Of a stretch of DNA of 64,000 nt, positions 1 to 14,800 are shown in pieces. Below the pieces are notes generated by a model, which made no database searches, was not told the origin of the DNA, and saw nothing but the letters and a program-made list of their open reading frames with translations. The position numbers and the translations under genes were made by a program. Each line of letters starts with the position of its first letter. The first letter of the stretch is position 1. This stretch comes from Eledone cirrhosa. Taxonomy: Eukaryota. Where the stretch lies: positions 12,710,001-12,774,000 of the forward strand of contig OZ024742.1 in assembly GCA_964016885.1 (NCBI GenBank), in the 5' to 3' direction.

Positions 1-2574
1 CTTGTAAAGAGCCTCATGTTTGCCATGCCTGATATAGATTATATCTAAACAGCAGGCAAGCCTTGTAAAGAGCCTCATGTTTGCCATGCCTGATATAGAT
101 TATATCTAAACAGCAGGCAAGCCTTGTAAAGAGCCTCATGTTTGCCATGCCTGATATAGATTATATCTAAGCAGCAGGCAAGCCTTGTAAAGAGCCTCAT
201 ATTTGTCATGCCTGATATAGATTATATCTAAACAGCAGGCAAGCCTTGTAAAGAGCCTCATGTTTGCCATGCCTGATATAGATTATATCTAAACAGCAGG
301 CAAGCCTTGTAAAGGGCCTCATGTTTGCCATGCCTGATATAGATTATATCTAAACAGCAAGCCTTGTAAAGAGCCTCATATTTGCCATGCCTGATATAGA
401 TTATATCTAAACAGCAGGCAAGCCTTGTAAAGAGCCTCATATTTGCCATGCCTGATATAGATTATATCTAAACAGCAGGCAAGCCTTGTAAAGAGCCTCA
501 TGTTTGCCATGCCTGATATAGATTATATCTAAACAGCAGGCAAGCCTTGTAAAGGGCCTCATGTGTGCCATGCCTGATATAGAGTATATCTAAACAGCAA
601 GCCATGTAAAGGGCCTCATGTTTTCCATGCCTGTTATAGATTATATCTAAACAGCAGGCAAGCCTTGTAAAGGGCCTCATGTTTGCCATGCCTGATATAG
701 ATTATATCTAAACAGCAAGCCTTGTAAAGGGCCTCATGTTTGCCATGCCTGATATAGATTATATCTAAACAGCAGGCAAGACTTGTAAAGGGCCTCATGT
801 TTGCCATGCCTGATATAGATTATATCTAAACAGCAAGCCTTGTAAAGGGCCTCATGTTTGCCATGCCTGATATAGATTATATCTAAACAGCAAGCCTTGT
901 AAAGAGCCTCATGTTTGCCATGCCTGATATAGATTATATCTAAACAGCAAGCCTTGTAAAGAGCCTCATGTTTGCCATGCCTGATATAGATTATATCTAA
1001 ACAGCAAGCCTTGTAAAGAGCCTCATGTTTGCCATGCCTGATATAGATTATATCTAAACAGCAAGCCTTGTAAAGAGCCTCATGTTTGCCATGCCTGATA
1101 TAGATTATATCTAAACAGCAAGCCTTGTAAAGGGCCTTATGTTGGCCATACCTGATATAGATTATATCTAAACAGCAGGCAAGCCTTGTAAAGGGCCTCA
1201 TGTTTGCCATGCCTGATATAGATTATATATAAACAGCAAGCCTTGTAAAGGGCCTCATGTTTGCCATGCCTGATATAGATTATATCTAAACAGCAAGCCT
1301 TGTAAAGAGCCTCATGTTTGCCATGCCTGATATAGATTACATCTAAACAGCAGGCAAGCCTTGTAAAGAGTCTTATGTTTGCCATGCCTGATATAGATTA
1401 TATCTAAACAGCAAACCCTGTAAAGAGCCTCATGTTTGCCATGCCTGATATAGATTATATCTAAACAGCAAGCCTTGTAAAGAGCCTCATGTTTGCCATG
1501 CCTGATATAGATTATATCTAAACAGCAAGCCTTGTAAAGAGCCTCATGTTTGCCATGCCTGATATAGATTATATCTAAACAGCAGGCAAGCCTTGTAAAG
1601 AGCCTCATGTTTGCCATGCCTGATATAGATTATATCTGAACAGCAGGCAAGCCTTGTAAAGAGCCTCATGTTTGCCATGCCTGATATAGATTATATCTAA
1701 ACAGCAAGCCTTGTAAAGAGCCTCATATTTGCCATGACTGATATAGATTATATCTAAACAGCAGGCAAGCCTTGTAAAGAGCCTCATATTTGCCATGCCT
1801 GATATAGATTATATCTAAACAGCAGGGAAGCCTTGTAAAGAGCCTCATGTTTGCCATGCCTGATATAGATTATATCTAAACAGCAAGCCATGTAAAGGGC
1901 CTCATGTTTGCCATGCCTGTTATAGATTATATCTAAACAGCAGGCAAGCATTGTAAAGGGCCTCATTTTTGCCATGCCTGATATAGAGTATATCTCAACA
2001 GCAAGCCATGTAAAGGGCCTCATGTTTGCCATGCCTGTTATAGATTATATCTAAACAGCAGGCAAGCCTTGTAAAGGGCCTCATGTTTGCCATGCCTGAT
2101 ATAGATTATATCTAAACAGCAAGCCTTGTAAAGGGCCTCATGTTTGCCATGCCTGATATAGATTATATCTAAACAGCAGGCAAGCCATGTAAAGGGCCTC
2201 ATGTTTGCCATGCCTGATATAGATTATATCTAAACAGCAAGCCTTGTAAAGAGCCTCATATTTGCCATGACTGATATAGATTATATCTAAACAGCAGGCA
2301 AGCCTTGTAAAGAGCCTCATATTTGCCATGCCTGATATAGATTATATCTAAACAGCAGGCAAGCCTTGTAAAGAGCCTCATGTTTGCCATGCCTGATATA
2401 GATTATATCTAAACAGCAGGCAAGCCTTGTAAGGGGCCTCATGTTTGCCATGACTGATATAGAGTATATCTAAACAGCAAGCCATGTAAAGGGCCTCATG
2501 TTTGCCATGCCTGTTATAGATTATATCTAAACAGCAGGCAAGCCTTGTAAAGGGCCTCATGTTTGCCATGCCAG

Positions 2575-5500
2575 ATATAGATTATATCTAAACAGCAAGC
2601 CTTGTAAAGGGCCTCATGTTTGCCATGCCTGATATAGATTATATCTAAACAGCAGGCAAGCCTTGTAAAGGGCCTCATGTTTGCCATGCCTGTTATAGAT
2701 TATATCTAAACAGCAAGCCTTGTAAAGGGCCTCATGTTTGCCATGCCTGATATAGATTATATCTAAACAGCAAGCCTTGTAAAGAGCCTCATGTTTGCCA
2801 TGCCTGATATAGATTATATCTAAACAGCAAGCCTTGTAAAGAGCCTCATGTTTGCCATGCCTGATATAGATTATATCTAAACATCAAGCCTTGTAAAGAG
2901 CCTCATGTTTGCCATGCCTGATATAGATTATATCTAAACAGCAAGCCTTGTAAAGAGCCTCATGTTTGCCATGCCTGATATAGATTATATCTAAACAGCA
3001 GGCAAGCCTTGTAGAGAGCCTCATGTTTGCCATGCCTGATATAGATTATATCTAAACAGCAGGCAAGCCTTGTAAAGAGCCTCATATTTGACATGCCTGA
3101 TATAGATTATATCTAAACAGCAGGCAAGCCTTGTAAAGAGCCTCATGTTTGCCATGCCTGATATAGATTATATCTAAACAGCAGGCAAGCCTTGTAGAGA
3201 GCCTCATGTTTGCCATGCCTGATATAGATTATATCTAAACAGCAGGCAAGCCTTGTAAAGAGCCTCATATTTGCCATGCCTGATATAGATTATATCTAAA
3301 CAGCAGGCAAGCCTTGTAAAGAGCCTCATGTTTGCCATGCCTGATATAGATTATATCTAAACAGCAGGCAAGCCTTGTAAAGGGCCTCATTTTGCCATGC
3401 CTGATATAGATTATATCTAAACAGCAAGCCTTGTAAAGAGCCTCATATTTGCCATGCCTGATATAGATTATATCTAAACAGCAGGCAAGCCTTGTAAAGA
3501 GCCTCATATTTGCCATGCCTGATATAGATTATATCTAAACAGCAGGCAAGCCTTGTAAAGGGCCTCATGTTTGCCATGCCTGATATAGATTATATCTAAA
3601 CAGCAGGCAAGCCTTGTAAAGGGCCTCGTGTGTGCCATGCCTGATATAGAGTATATCTAAACAGCAAGCCATGTAAAGGGCCTCATGTTTTCCATGCCTG
3701 TTATAGATTATATCTAAACAGCAGGCAAGCCTTGTAAAGGGCCTCATGTTTGCCATGCCTGATATAGATTATATCTAAACAGCAAGCCTTGTAAAGGGCC
3801 TCATGTTTGCCATGCCTGATATAGATTATATCTAAACAGCAGGCAAGCCTTGTAAAGGGCCTCATGTTTGCCATGCCTGATATAGATTATATCTAAACAG
3901 CAAGCCTTGTAAAGGGCCTCATGTTTGCCATGCCTGATATAGATTATATCTAAACAGCAAGCCTTGTAAAGAGCCTCATGTTTGCCATGCCTGATATAGA
4001 TTATATCTAAACAGCAAGCCTTGTAAAGAGCCTCATGTTTGCCATGCCTGATATAGATTATATCTAAACAGCAAGCCTTGTAAAGAGCCTCATGTTTGCC
4101 ATGCCTGATATAGATTATATCTAAACAGCAAGCCTTGTAAAGGGCCTTATGTTTGCCATGCCTGATATAGATTATATCTAAACAGCAGGCAAGCCTTGTA
4201 AAGGGCCTCATGTTTGCCATGCCTGATATAGATTATATATAAACAGCAAGCCTTGTAAAGGGCCTCATGTTTGCCATGCCTGATATAGATTATATCTAAA
4301 CAGCAAGCCTTGTAAAGAGCCTCATGTTTGCCATGCCTGATATAGATTACATCTAAACAGCAGGCAAGCCTTGTAAAGAGTCTTATGTTTGCCATGCCTG
4401 ATATAGATTATATCTAAACAGCAAGCCCTGTAAAGAGCCTCATGTTTGCCATGCCTGATATAGATTATATCTAAACAGCAAGCCTTGTAAAGAGCCTCAT
4501 GTTTGCCATGCCTGATATAGATTATATCTAAACAGCAAGCCTTGTAAAGAGCCTCATGTTTGCCATGCCTGATATAGATTATATCTAAACAGCAGGCAAG
4601 CCTTGTAAAGAGCCTCATGTTTGCCATGCCTGATATAGATTATATCTAAACAGCAGGCAAGCCTTGTAAAGAGCCTCATGTTTGCCATGCCTGATATAGA
4701 TTATATCTAAACAGCAGGCAAGCCTTGTAAAGGGCCTCATATTTGCCATGCCTGATATAGATTATATCTAAACAGCAAGCCTTGTAAAGAGCCTCATATT
4801 TGCCATGACTGATATAGATTATATCTAAACAGCAGGCAAGCCTTGTAAAGAGCCTCATATTTGCCATGCCTGATATAGATTATATCTAAACAGCAGGGAA
4901 GCCTTGTAAAGAGCCTCATGTTTGCCATGCCTGATATAGATTATATCTAAACAGCAGGCAAGCCTTGTAAAGGGCCTCATGTTTGCCATGCCTGATATAG
5001 AGTATATCTAAACAGCAAGCCATGTAAAGGGCCTCATGTTTGCCATGCCTGTTATAGATTATATCTAAACAGCAGGCAAGCCTTGTAAAGGGCCTCATGT
5101 TTGCCATGCCTGATATAGATTATATCTAAACAGCAAGCCTTGTAAAGGGCCTCATGTTTGCCATGCCTGATATAGATTATATATAAACAGCAGGCAAGCC
5201 TTGTAAAGGGCCTCATGTTTGCCATGCCTGATATAGATTATATCTAAACAGCAGGCAAGCCTTGTAAAGAGCCTCATGTTTGCCATGCCTGATATAGATT
5301 ATATCTAAACAGCAGGCAAGCCTTGTAAAGGGCCTCATGTTTGCCATGACTGATATAGAGTATATCTAAACAGCAAGCCATGTAAAGGGCCTCATGTTTG
5401 CCATGCCTGTTATAGATTATATCTAAACAGCAGGCAAGCCTTGTAAAGGGCCTCATGTTTGCCATGCCAGATATAGATTATATCTAAACAGCAAGCCTTG

Positions 5501-8500
5501 TAAAGGGCCTCATGTTTGCCATGCCTGATATAGATTATATCTAAACAGCAGGCAAGCCTTGTAAAGGGCCTCATGTTTGCCATGCCTGTTATAGATTATA
5601 TCTAAACAGCAAGCCTTGTAAAGGGCCTCATGTTTGCCATGCCTGATATAGATTATATCTAAACAGCAAGCCTTGTAAAGAGCCTCATGTTTGCCATGCC
5701 TGATATAGATTATATCTAAACAGCAAGCCTTGTAAAGAGCCTCATGTTTGCCATGTCTGATATAGATTATATCTAAACATCAAGCCTTGTAAAGAGCCTC
5801 ATGTTTGCCATGCCTGATATAGATTATATCTAAACAGCAAGCCTTGTAAAGAGCCTCATGTTTGCCATGCCTGATATAGATTATATCTAAACAGCAGGCA
5901 AGCCTTGTAGAGAGCCTCATGTTTGCCATGCCTGATATAGATTATATCTAAACAGCAGGCAAGCCTTGTAAAGAGCCTCATATTTGACATGCCTGATATA
6001 GATTATATCTAAACAGCAGGCAAGCCTTGTAAAGAGCCTCATGTTTGCCATGCCTGATATAGATTATATCTAAACAGTAGGCAAGCCTTGTAGAGAGCCT
6101 CATGTTTGCCATGCCTGATATAGATTATATCTAAACAGCAGGCAAGCCTTGTAAAGAGCCTCATATTTGCCATGCCTGATATAGATTATATCTAAACAGC
6201 AGGCAAGCCTTGTAAAGAGCCTCATGTTTGCCATGCCTGATATAGATTATATCTAAACAGCAGGCAAGCCTTGTAAAGGGCCTCATGTTTGCCATGCCTG
6301 ATATAGATTATATCTAAACAGCAAGCCTTGTAAAGAGCCTCATATTTGCCATGCCTGATATAGATTATATCTAAACAGCAGGCAAGCCTTGTAAAGAGCC
6401 TCATATTTGCCATGCCTGATATAGATTATATCTAAACAGCAGGCAAGCCTTGTAAAGGGCCTCATGTTTGCCATGCCTGATATAGATTATATCTAAACAG
6501 CAGGCAAGCCTTGTAAAGGGCCTCGTGTGTGCCATGCCTGATATAGAGTATATCTAAACAGCAAGCCATGTAAAGGGCCTCATGTTTTCCATGCCTGTTA
6601 TAGATTATATCTAAACAGCAGGCAAGCCTTGTAAAGGGCCTCATGTTTGCCATGCCTGATATAGATTATATCTAAACAGCAAGCCTTGTAAAGGGCCTCA
6701 TGTTTGCCATGCCTGATATAGATTATATCTAAACAGCAGGCAAGCCTTGTAAAGGGCCTCATGTTTGCCATGCCTGATATAGATTATATCTAAACAGCAA
6801 GCCTTGTAAAGGGCCTCATGTTTGCCATGCCTGATATAGATTATATCTAAACAGCAAGCCTTGTAAAGAGCCTCATGTTTGCCATGCCTGATATAGATTA
6901 TATCTAAACAGCAAGCCTTGTAAAGAGCCTCATGTTTGCCATGCCTGATATAGATTATATCTAAACAGCAAGCCTTGTAAAGAGCCTCATGTTTGCCATG
7001 CCTGATATAGATTATATCTAAACAGCAAGCCTTGTAAAGGGCCTTATGTTTGCCATGCCTGATATAGATTATATCTAAACAGCAGGCAAGCCTTGTAAAG
7101 GGCCTCATGTTTGCCATGCCTGATATAGATTATATATAAACAGCAAGCCTTGTAAAGGGCCTCATGTTTGCCATGCCTGATATAGATTATATCTAAACAG
7201 CAAGCCTTGTAAAGGGCCTCATGTTTGCCATGCCTGATATAGATTATATCTAAACAGCAGGCAAGCCTTGTAAAGGGCCTCATGTTTGCCATGCCTGTTA
7301 TAGATTATATCTAAACAGCAAGCCTTGTAAAGGGCCTCATGTTTGCCATGCCTGATATAGATTATATCTAAACAGCAAGCCTTGTAAAGAGCCTCATGTT
7401 TGCCATGCCTGATATAGATTATATCTAAACAGCAAGCCTTGTAAAGAGCCTCATGTTTGCCATGCCTGATATAGATTATATCTAAACATCAAGCCTTGTA
7501 AAGAGCCTCATGTTTGCCATGCCTGATATAGATTATATCTAAACAGCAAGCCTTGTAAAGAGCCTCATGTTTGCCATGCCTGATATAGATTATATCTAAA
7601 CAGCAGGCAAGCCTTGTAGAGAGCCTCATGTTTGCCATGCCTGATATAGATTATATCTAAACAGCAGGCAAGCCTTGTAAAGAGCCTCATATTTGACATG
7701 CCTGATATAGATTATATCTAAACAGCAGGCAAGCCTTGTAAAGAGCCTCATGTTTGCCATGCCTGATATAGATTATATCTAAACAGCAGGCAAGCCTTGT
7801 AGAGAGCCTCATGTTTGCCATGCCTGATATAGATTATATCTAAACAGCAGGCAAGCCTTGTAAAGAGCCTCATATTTGCCATGCCTGATATAGATTATAT
7901 CTAAACAGCAGGCAAGCCTTGTAAAGAGCCTCATGTTTGCCATGCCTGATATAGATTATATCTAAACAGCAGGCAAGCCTTGTAAAGGGCCTCATTTTGC
8001 CATGCCTGATATAGATTATATCTAAACAGCAAGCCTTGTAAAGAGCCTCATATTTGCCATGCCTGATATAGATTATATCTAAACAGCAGGCAAGCCTTGT
8101 AAAGAGCCTCATATTTGCCATGCCTGATATAGATTATATCTAAACAGCAGGCAAGCCTTGTAAAGGGCCTCATGTTTGCCATGCCTGATATAGATTATAT
8201 CTAAACAGCAGGCAAGCCTTGTAAAGGGCCTCGTGTGTGCCATGCCTGATATAGAGTATATCTAAACAGCAAGCCATGTAAAGGGCCTCATGTTTTCCAT
8301 GCCTGTTATAGATTATATCTAAACAGCAGGCAAGCCTTGTAAAGGGCCTCATGTTTGCCATGCCTGATATAGATTATATCTAAACAGCAAGCCTTGTAAA
8401 GGGCCTCATGTTTGCCATGCCTGATATAGATTATATCTAAACAGCAGGCAAGCCTTGTAAAGGGCCTCATGTTTGCCATGCCTGATATAGATTATATCTA

Positions 8501-11500
8501 AACAGCAAGCCTTGTAAAGGGCCTCATGTTTGCCATGCCTGATATAGATTATATCTAAACAGCAAGCCTTGTAAAGAGCCTCATGTTTGCCATGCCTGAT
8601 ATAGATTATATCTAAACAGCAAGCCTTGTAAAGAGCCTCATGTTTGCCATGCCTGATATAGATTATATCTAAACAGCAAGCCTTGTAAAGAGCCTCATGT
8701 TTGCCATGCCTGATATAGATTATATCTAAACAGCAAGCCTTGTAAAGGGCCTTATGTTTGCCATGCCTGATATAGATTATATCTAAACAGCAGGCAAGCC
8801 TTGTAAAGGGCCTCATGTTTGCCATGCCTGATATAGATTATATATAAACAGCAAGCCTTGTAAAGGGCCTCATGTTTGCCATGCCTGATATAGATTATAT
8901 CTAAACAGCAAGCCTTGTAAAGAGCCTCATGTTTGCCATGCCTGATATAGATTACATCTAAACAGCAGGCAAGCCTTGTAAAGAGTCTTATGTTTGCCAT
9001 GCCTGATATAGATTATATCTAAACAGCAAGCCCTGTAAAGAGCCTCATGTTTGCCATGCCTGATATAGATTATATCTAAACAGCAAGCCTTGTAAAGAGC
9101 CTCATGTTTGCCATGCCTGATATAGATTATATCTAAACAGCAAGCCTTGTAAAGAGCCTCATGTTTGCCATGCCTGATATAGATTATATCTAAACAGCAG
9201 GCAAGCCTTGTAAAGAGCCTCATGTTTGCCATGCCTGATATAGATTATATCTAAACAGCAGGCAAGCCTTGTAAAGAGCCTCATGTTTGCCATGCCTGAT
9301 ATAGATTATATCTAAACAGCAGGCAAGCCTTGTAAAGGGCCTCATATTTGCCATGCCTGATATAGATTATATCTAAACAGCAAGCCTTGTAAAGAGCCTC
9401 ATATTTGCCATGACTGATATAGATTATATCTAAACAGCAGGCAAGCCTTGTAAAGAGCCTCATATTTGCCATGCCTGATATAGATTATATCTAAACAGCA
9501 GGGAAGCCTTGTAAAGAGCCTCATGTTTGCCATGCCTGATATAGATTATATCTAAACAGCAGGCAAGCCTTGTAAAGGGCCTCATGTTTGCCATGCCTGA
9601 TATAGAGTATATCTAAACAGCAAGCCATGTAAAGGGCCTCATGTTTGCCATGCCTGTTATAGATTATATCTAAACAGCAGGCAAGCCTTGTAAAGGGCCT
9701 CATGTTTGCCATGCCTGATATAGATTATATCTAAACAGCAAGCCTTGTAAAGGGCCTCATGTTTGCCATGCCTGATATAGATTATATATAAACAGCAGGC
9801 AAGCCTTGTAAAGGGCCTCATGTTTGCCATGCCTGATATAGATTATATCTAAACAGCAGGCAAGCCTTGTAAAGAGCCTCATGTTTGCCATGCCTGATAT
9901 AGATTATATCTAAACAGCAGGCAAGCCTTGTAAAGGGCCTCATGTTTGCCATGACTGATATAGAGTATATCTAAACAGCAAGCCATGTAAAGGGCCTCAT
10001 GTTTGCCATGCCTGTTATAGATTATATCTAAACAGCAGGCAAGCCTTGTAAAGGGCCTCATGTTTGCCATGCCAGATATAGATTATATCTAAACAGCAAG
10101 CCTTGTAAAGGGCCTCATGTTTGCCATGCCTGATATAGATTATATCTAAACAGCAGGCAAGCCTTGTAAAGGGCCTCATGTTTGCCATGCCTGTTATAGA
10201 TTATATCTAAACAGCAAGCCTTGTAAAGGGCCTCATGTTTGCCATGCCTGATATAGATTATATCTAAACAGCAAGCCTTGTAAAGAGCCTCATGTTTGCC
10301 ATGCCTGATATAGATTATATCTAAACAGCAAGCCTTGTAAAGAGCCTCATGTTTGCCATGTCTGATATAGATTATATCTAAACATCAAGCCTTGTAAAGA
10401 GCCTCATGTTTGCCATGCCTGATATAGATTATATCTAAACAGCAAGCCTTGTAAAGAGCCTCATGTTTGCCATGCCTGATATAGATTATATCTAAACAGC
10501 AGGCAAGCCTTGTAGAGAGCCTCATGTTTGCCATGCCTGATATAGATTATATCTAAACAGCAGGCAAGCCTTGTAAAGAGCCTCATATTTGACATGCCTG
10601 ATATAGATTATATCTAAACAGCAGGCAAGCCTTGTAAAGAGCCTCATGTTTGCCATGCCTGATATAGATTATATCTAAACAGTAGGCAAGCCTTGTAGAG
10701 AGCCTCATGTTTGCCATGCCTGATATAGATTATATCTAAACAGCAGGCAAGCCTTGTAAAGAGCCTCATATTTGCCATGCCTGATATAGATTATATCTAA
10801 ACAGCAGGCAAGCCTTGTAAAGAGCCTCATGTTTGCCATGCCTGATATAGATTATATCTAAACAGCAGGCAAGCCTTGTAAAGGGCCTCATGTTTGCCAT
10901 GCCTGATATAGATTATATCTAAACAGCAAGCCTTGTAAAGAGCCTCATATTTGCCATGCCTGATATAGATTATATCTAAACAGCAGGCAAGCCTTGTAAA
11001 GAGCCTCATATTTGCCATGCCTGATATAGATTATATCTAAACAGCAGGCAAGCCTTGTAAAGGGCCTCATGTTTGCCATGCCTGATATAGATTATATCTA
11101 AACAGCAGGCAAGCCTTGTAAAGGGCCTCGTGTGTGCCATGCCTGATATAGAGTATATCTAAACAGCAAGCCATGTAAAGGGCCTCATGTTTTCCATGCC
11201 TGTTATAGATTATATCTAAACAGCAGGCAAGCCTTGTAAAGGGCCTCATGTTTGCCATGCCTGATATAGATTATATCTAAACAGCAAGCCTTGTAAAGGG
11301 CCTCATGTTTGCCATGCCTGATATAGATTATATCTAAACAGCAGGCAAGCCTTGTAAAGGGCCTCATGTTTGCCATGCCTGATATAGATTATATCTAAAC
11401 AGCAAGCCTTGTAAAGGGCCTCATGTTTGCCATGCCTGATATAGATTATATCTAAACAGCAAGCCTTGTAAAGAGCCTCATGTTTGCCATGCCTGATATA

Positions 11501-11819
11501 GATTATATCTAAACAGCAAGCCTTGTAAAGAGCCTCATGTTTGCCATGCCTGATATAGATTATATCTAAACAGCAAGCCTTGTAAAGAGCCTCATGTTTG
11601 CCATGCCTGATATAGATTATATCTAAACAGCAAGCCTTGTAAAGGGCCTTATGTTTGCCATGCCTGATATAGATTATATCTAAACAGCAGGCAAGCCTTG
11701 TAAAGGGCCTCATGTTTGCCATGCCTGATATAGATTATATATAAACAGCAAGCCTTGTAAAGGGCCTCATGTTTGCCATGCCTGATATAGATTATATCTA
11801 AACAGCAAGCCTTGTAAAG
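2575..11819. repeat. Tandem duplication of a 4605-bp block (~78 monomers), junction near 7180-7214
   Basis: ORF offsets of +4605 (3265/7870, 4147/8752, 5274/9879, 6698/11303). Two rare markers are shared at this offset: the 1-bp deletion CTCATTTTGCC at ~3390 and ~7995, and CAGTAGG at ~6077 and ~10682. Confidence 0.88.
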
Positions 11820-14800
11820 AGCCTCATGTTTGCCATGCCTGATATAGATTACATCTAAACAGCAGGCAAGCCTTGTAAAGAGTCTTATGTTTGCCATGCC
11901 TGATATAGATTATATCTAAACAGCAAGCCATGTAAAGAGCCTCATGTTTGCCATGCCTGATATAGATTATATCTAAACAGCAAGCCTTGTAAAGAGCCTC
12001 ATGTTTGCCATGCCTGATATAGATTATATCTAAACAGCAAGCCTTGTAAAGAGCCTCATGTTTGCCATGCCTGATATAGATTATATCTAAACAGCAGGCA
12101 AGCCTTGTAAAGAGCCTCATGTTTGCCATGCCTGATATAGATTATATCTAAACAGCAGGCAAGCCTTGTAAAGAGCCTCATGTTTGCCATGCCTGATATA
12201 GATTATATCTAAACAGCAGGCAAGCCTTGTAAAGGGCCTCATATTTGCCATGCCTGATATAGATTATATCTAAACAGCAAGCCTTGTAAAGAGCCTCATA
12301 TTTGCCATGACTGATATAGATTATATCTAAACAGCAGGCAAGCCTTGTAAAGAGCCTCATATTTGCCATGCCTGATATAGATTATATCTAAACAGCAGGG
12401 AAGCCTTGTAAAGAGCCTCATGTTTGCCATGCCTGATATAGATTATATCTAAACAGCAGGCAAGCCTTGTAAAGGGCCTCATGTTTGCCATGCCTGATAT
12501 AGAGTATATCTAAACAGCAAGCCATGTAAAGGGCCTCATGTTTGCCATGCCTGTTATAGATTATATCTAAACAGCAGGCAAGCCTTGTAAAGGGCCTCAT
12601 GTTTGCCATGCCTGATATAGATTATATCTAAACAGCAAGCCTTGTAAAGGGCCTCATGTTTGCCATGCCTGATATAGATTATATATAAACAGCAGGCAAG
12701 CCTTGTAAAGGGCCTCATGTTTGCCATGCCTGATATAGATTATATCTAAACAGCAGGCAAGCCTTGTAAAGAGCCTCATGTTTGCCATGCCTGATATAGA
12801 TTATATCTAAACAGCAGGCAAGCCTTGTAAAGGGCCTCATGTTTGCCATGACTGATATAGAGTATATCTAAACAGCAAGCCATGTAAAGGGCCTCATGTT
12901 TGCCATGCCTGTTATAGATTATATCTAAACAGCAGGCAAGCCTTGTAAAGGGCCTCATGTTTGCCATGCCAGATATAGATTATATCTAAACAGCAAGCCT
13001 TGTAAAGGGCCTCATGTTTGCCATGCCTGATATAGATTATATCTAAACAGCAGGCAAGCCTTGTAAAGGGCCTCATGTTTGCCATGCCTGTTATAGATTA
13101 TATCTAAACAGCAAGCCTTGTAAAGGGCCTCATGTTTGCCATGCCTGATATAGATTATATCTAAACAGCAAGCCTTGTAAAGAGCCTCATGTTTGCCATG
13201 CCTGATATAGATTATATCTAAACAGCAAGCCTTGTAAAGAGCCTCATGTTTGCCATGTCTGATATAGATTATATCTAAACATCAAGCCTTGTAAAGAGCC
13301 TCATGTTTGCCATGCCTGATATAGATTATATCTAAACAGCAAGCCTTGTAAAGAGCCTCATGTTTGCCATGCCTGATATAGATTATATCTAAACAGCAGG
13401 CAAGCCTTGTAGAGAGCCTCATGTTTGCCATGCCTGATATAGATTATATCTAAACAGCAGGCAAGCCTTGTAAAGAGCCTCATATTTGACATGCCTGATA
13501 TAGATTATATCTAAACAGCAGGCAAGCCTTGTAAAGAGCCTCATGTTTGCCATGCCTGATATAGATTATATCTAAACAGCAGGCAAGCCTTGTAGAGAGC
13601 CTCATGTTTGCCATGCCTGATATAGATTATATCTAAACAGCAGGCAAGCCTTGTAAAGAGCCTCATATTTGCCATGCCTGATATAGATTATATCTAAACA
13701 GCAGGCAAGCCTTGTAAAGAGCCTCATGTTTGCCATGCCTGATATAGATTATATCTAAACAGCAGGCAAGCCTTGTAAAGGGCCTCATGTTTGCCATGCC
13801 TGATATAGATTATATCTAAACAGCAAGCCTTGTAAAGAGCCTCATATTTGCCATGCCTGATATAGATTATATCTAAACAGCAGGCAAGCCTTGTAAAGAG
13901 CCTCATATTTGCCATGCCTTATATAGATTATATCTAAACAGCAGGCAAGCCTTGTAAAGAGCCTCATGTTTGCCATGCCTGATATAGATTATATCTAAAC
14001 AGCAGGCAAGCCTTGTAAAGGGCCTCGTGTGTGCCATGCCTGATATAGAGTATATCTAAACAGCAAGCCATGTAAAGGGCCTCATGTTTTCCATGCCTGT
14101 TATAGATTATATCTAAACAGCAGGCAAGCCTTGTAAAGGGCCTCATGTTTGCCATGCCTGATATAGATTATATCTAAACAGCAAGCCTTGTAAAGGGCCT
14201 CATGTTTGCCATGCCTGATATAGATTATATCTAAACAGCAGGCAAGCCTTGTAAAGGGCCTCATGTTTGCCATGCCTGATATAGATTATATCTAAACAGC
14301 AAGCCTTGTAAAGGGCCTCATGTTTGCCATGCCTGATATAGATTATATCTAAACAGCAAGCCTTGTAAAGAGCCTCATGTTTGCCATGCCTGATATAGAT
14401 TATATCTAAACAGCAAGCCTTGTAAAGAGCCTCATGTTTGCCATGCCTGATATAGATTATATCTAAACAGCAAGCCTTGTAAAGAGCCTCATGTTTGCCA
14501 TGCCTGATATAGATTATATCTAAACAGCAAGCCTTGTAAAGGGCCTTATGTTTGCCATGCCTGATATAGATTATATCTAAACAGCAGGCAAGCCTTGTAA
14601 AGGGCCTCATGTTTGCCATGCCTGATATAGATTATATATAAACAGCAAGCCTTGTAAAGGGCCTCATGTTTGCCATGCCTGATATAGATTATATCTAAAC
14701 AGCAAGCCTTGTAAAGAGCCTCATGTTTGCCATGCCTGATATAGATTACATCTAAACAGCAGGCAAGCCTTGTAAAGAGTCTTATGTTTGCCATGCCTGA

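Noticed and set aside
31-48. Helitron-like 3' end (hairpin followed by CTRR, here CTAA)
   Set aside because: The hairpin is short, AT-rich and overlaps the CTAA, instead of being GC-rich and about 10 nt upstream. No element ends or Rep/helicase sequence are present.
1221-1235. TATA-box-like TATATATAAAC in variant monomers as promoters
   Set aside because: It is a single C>A variant of TATATCTAAAC propagated by block duplication, with no downstream gene or other support.
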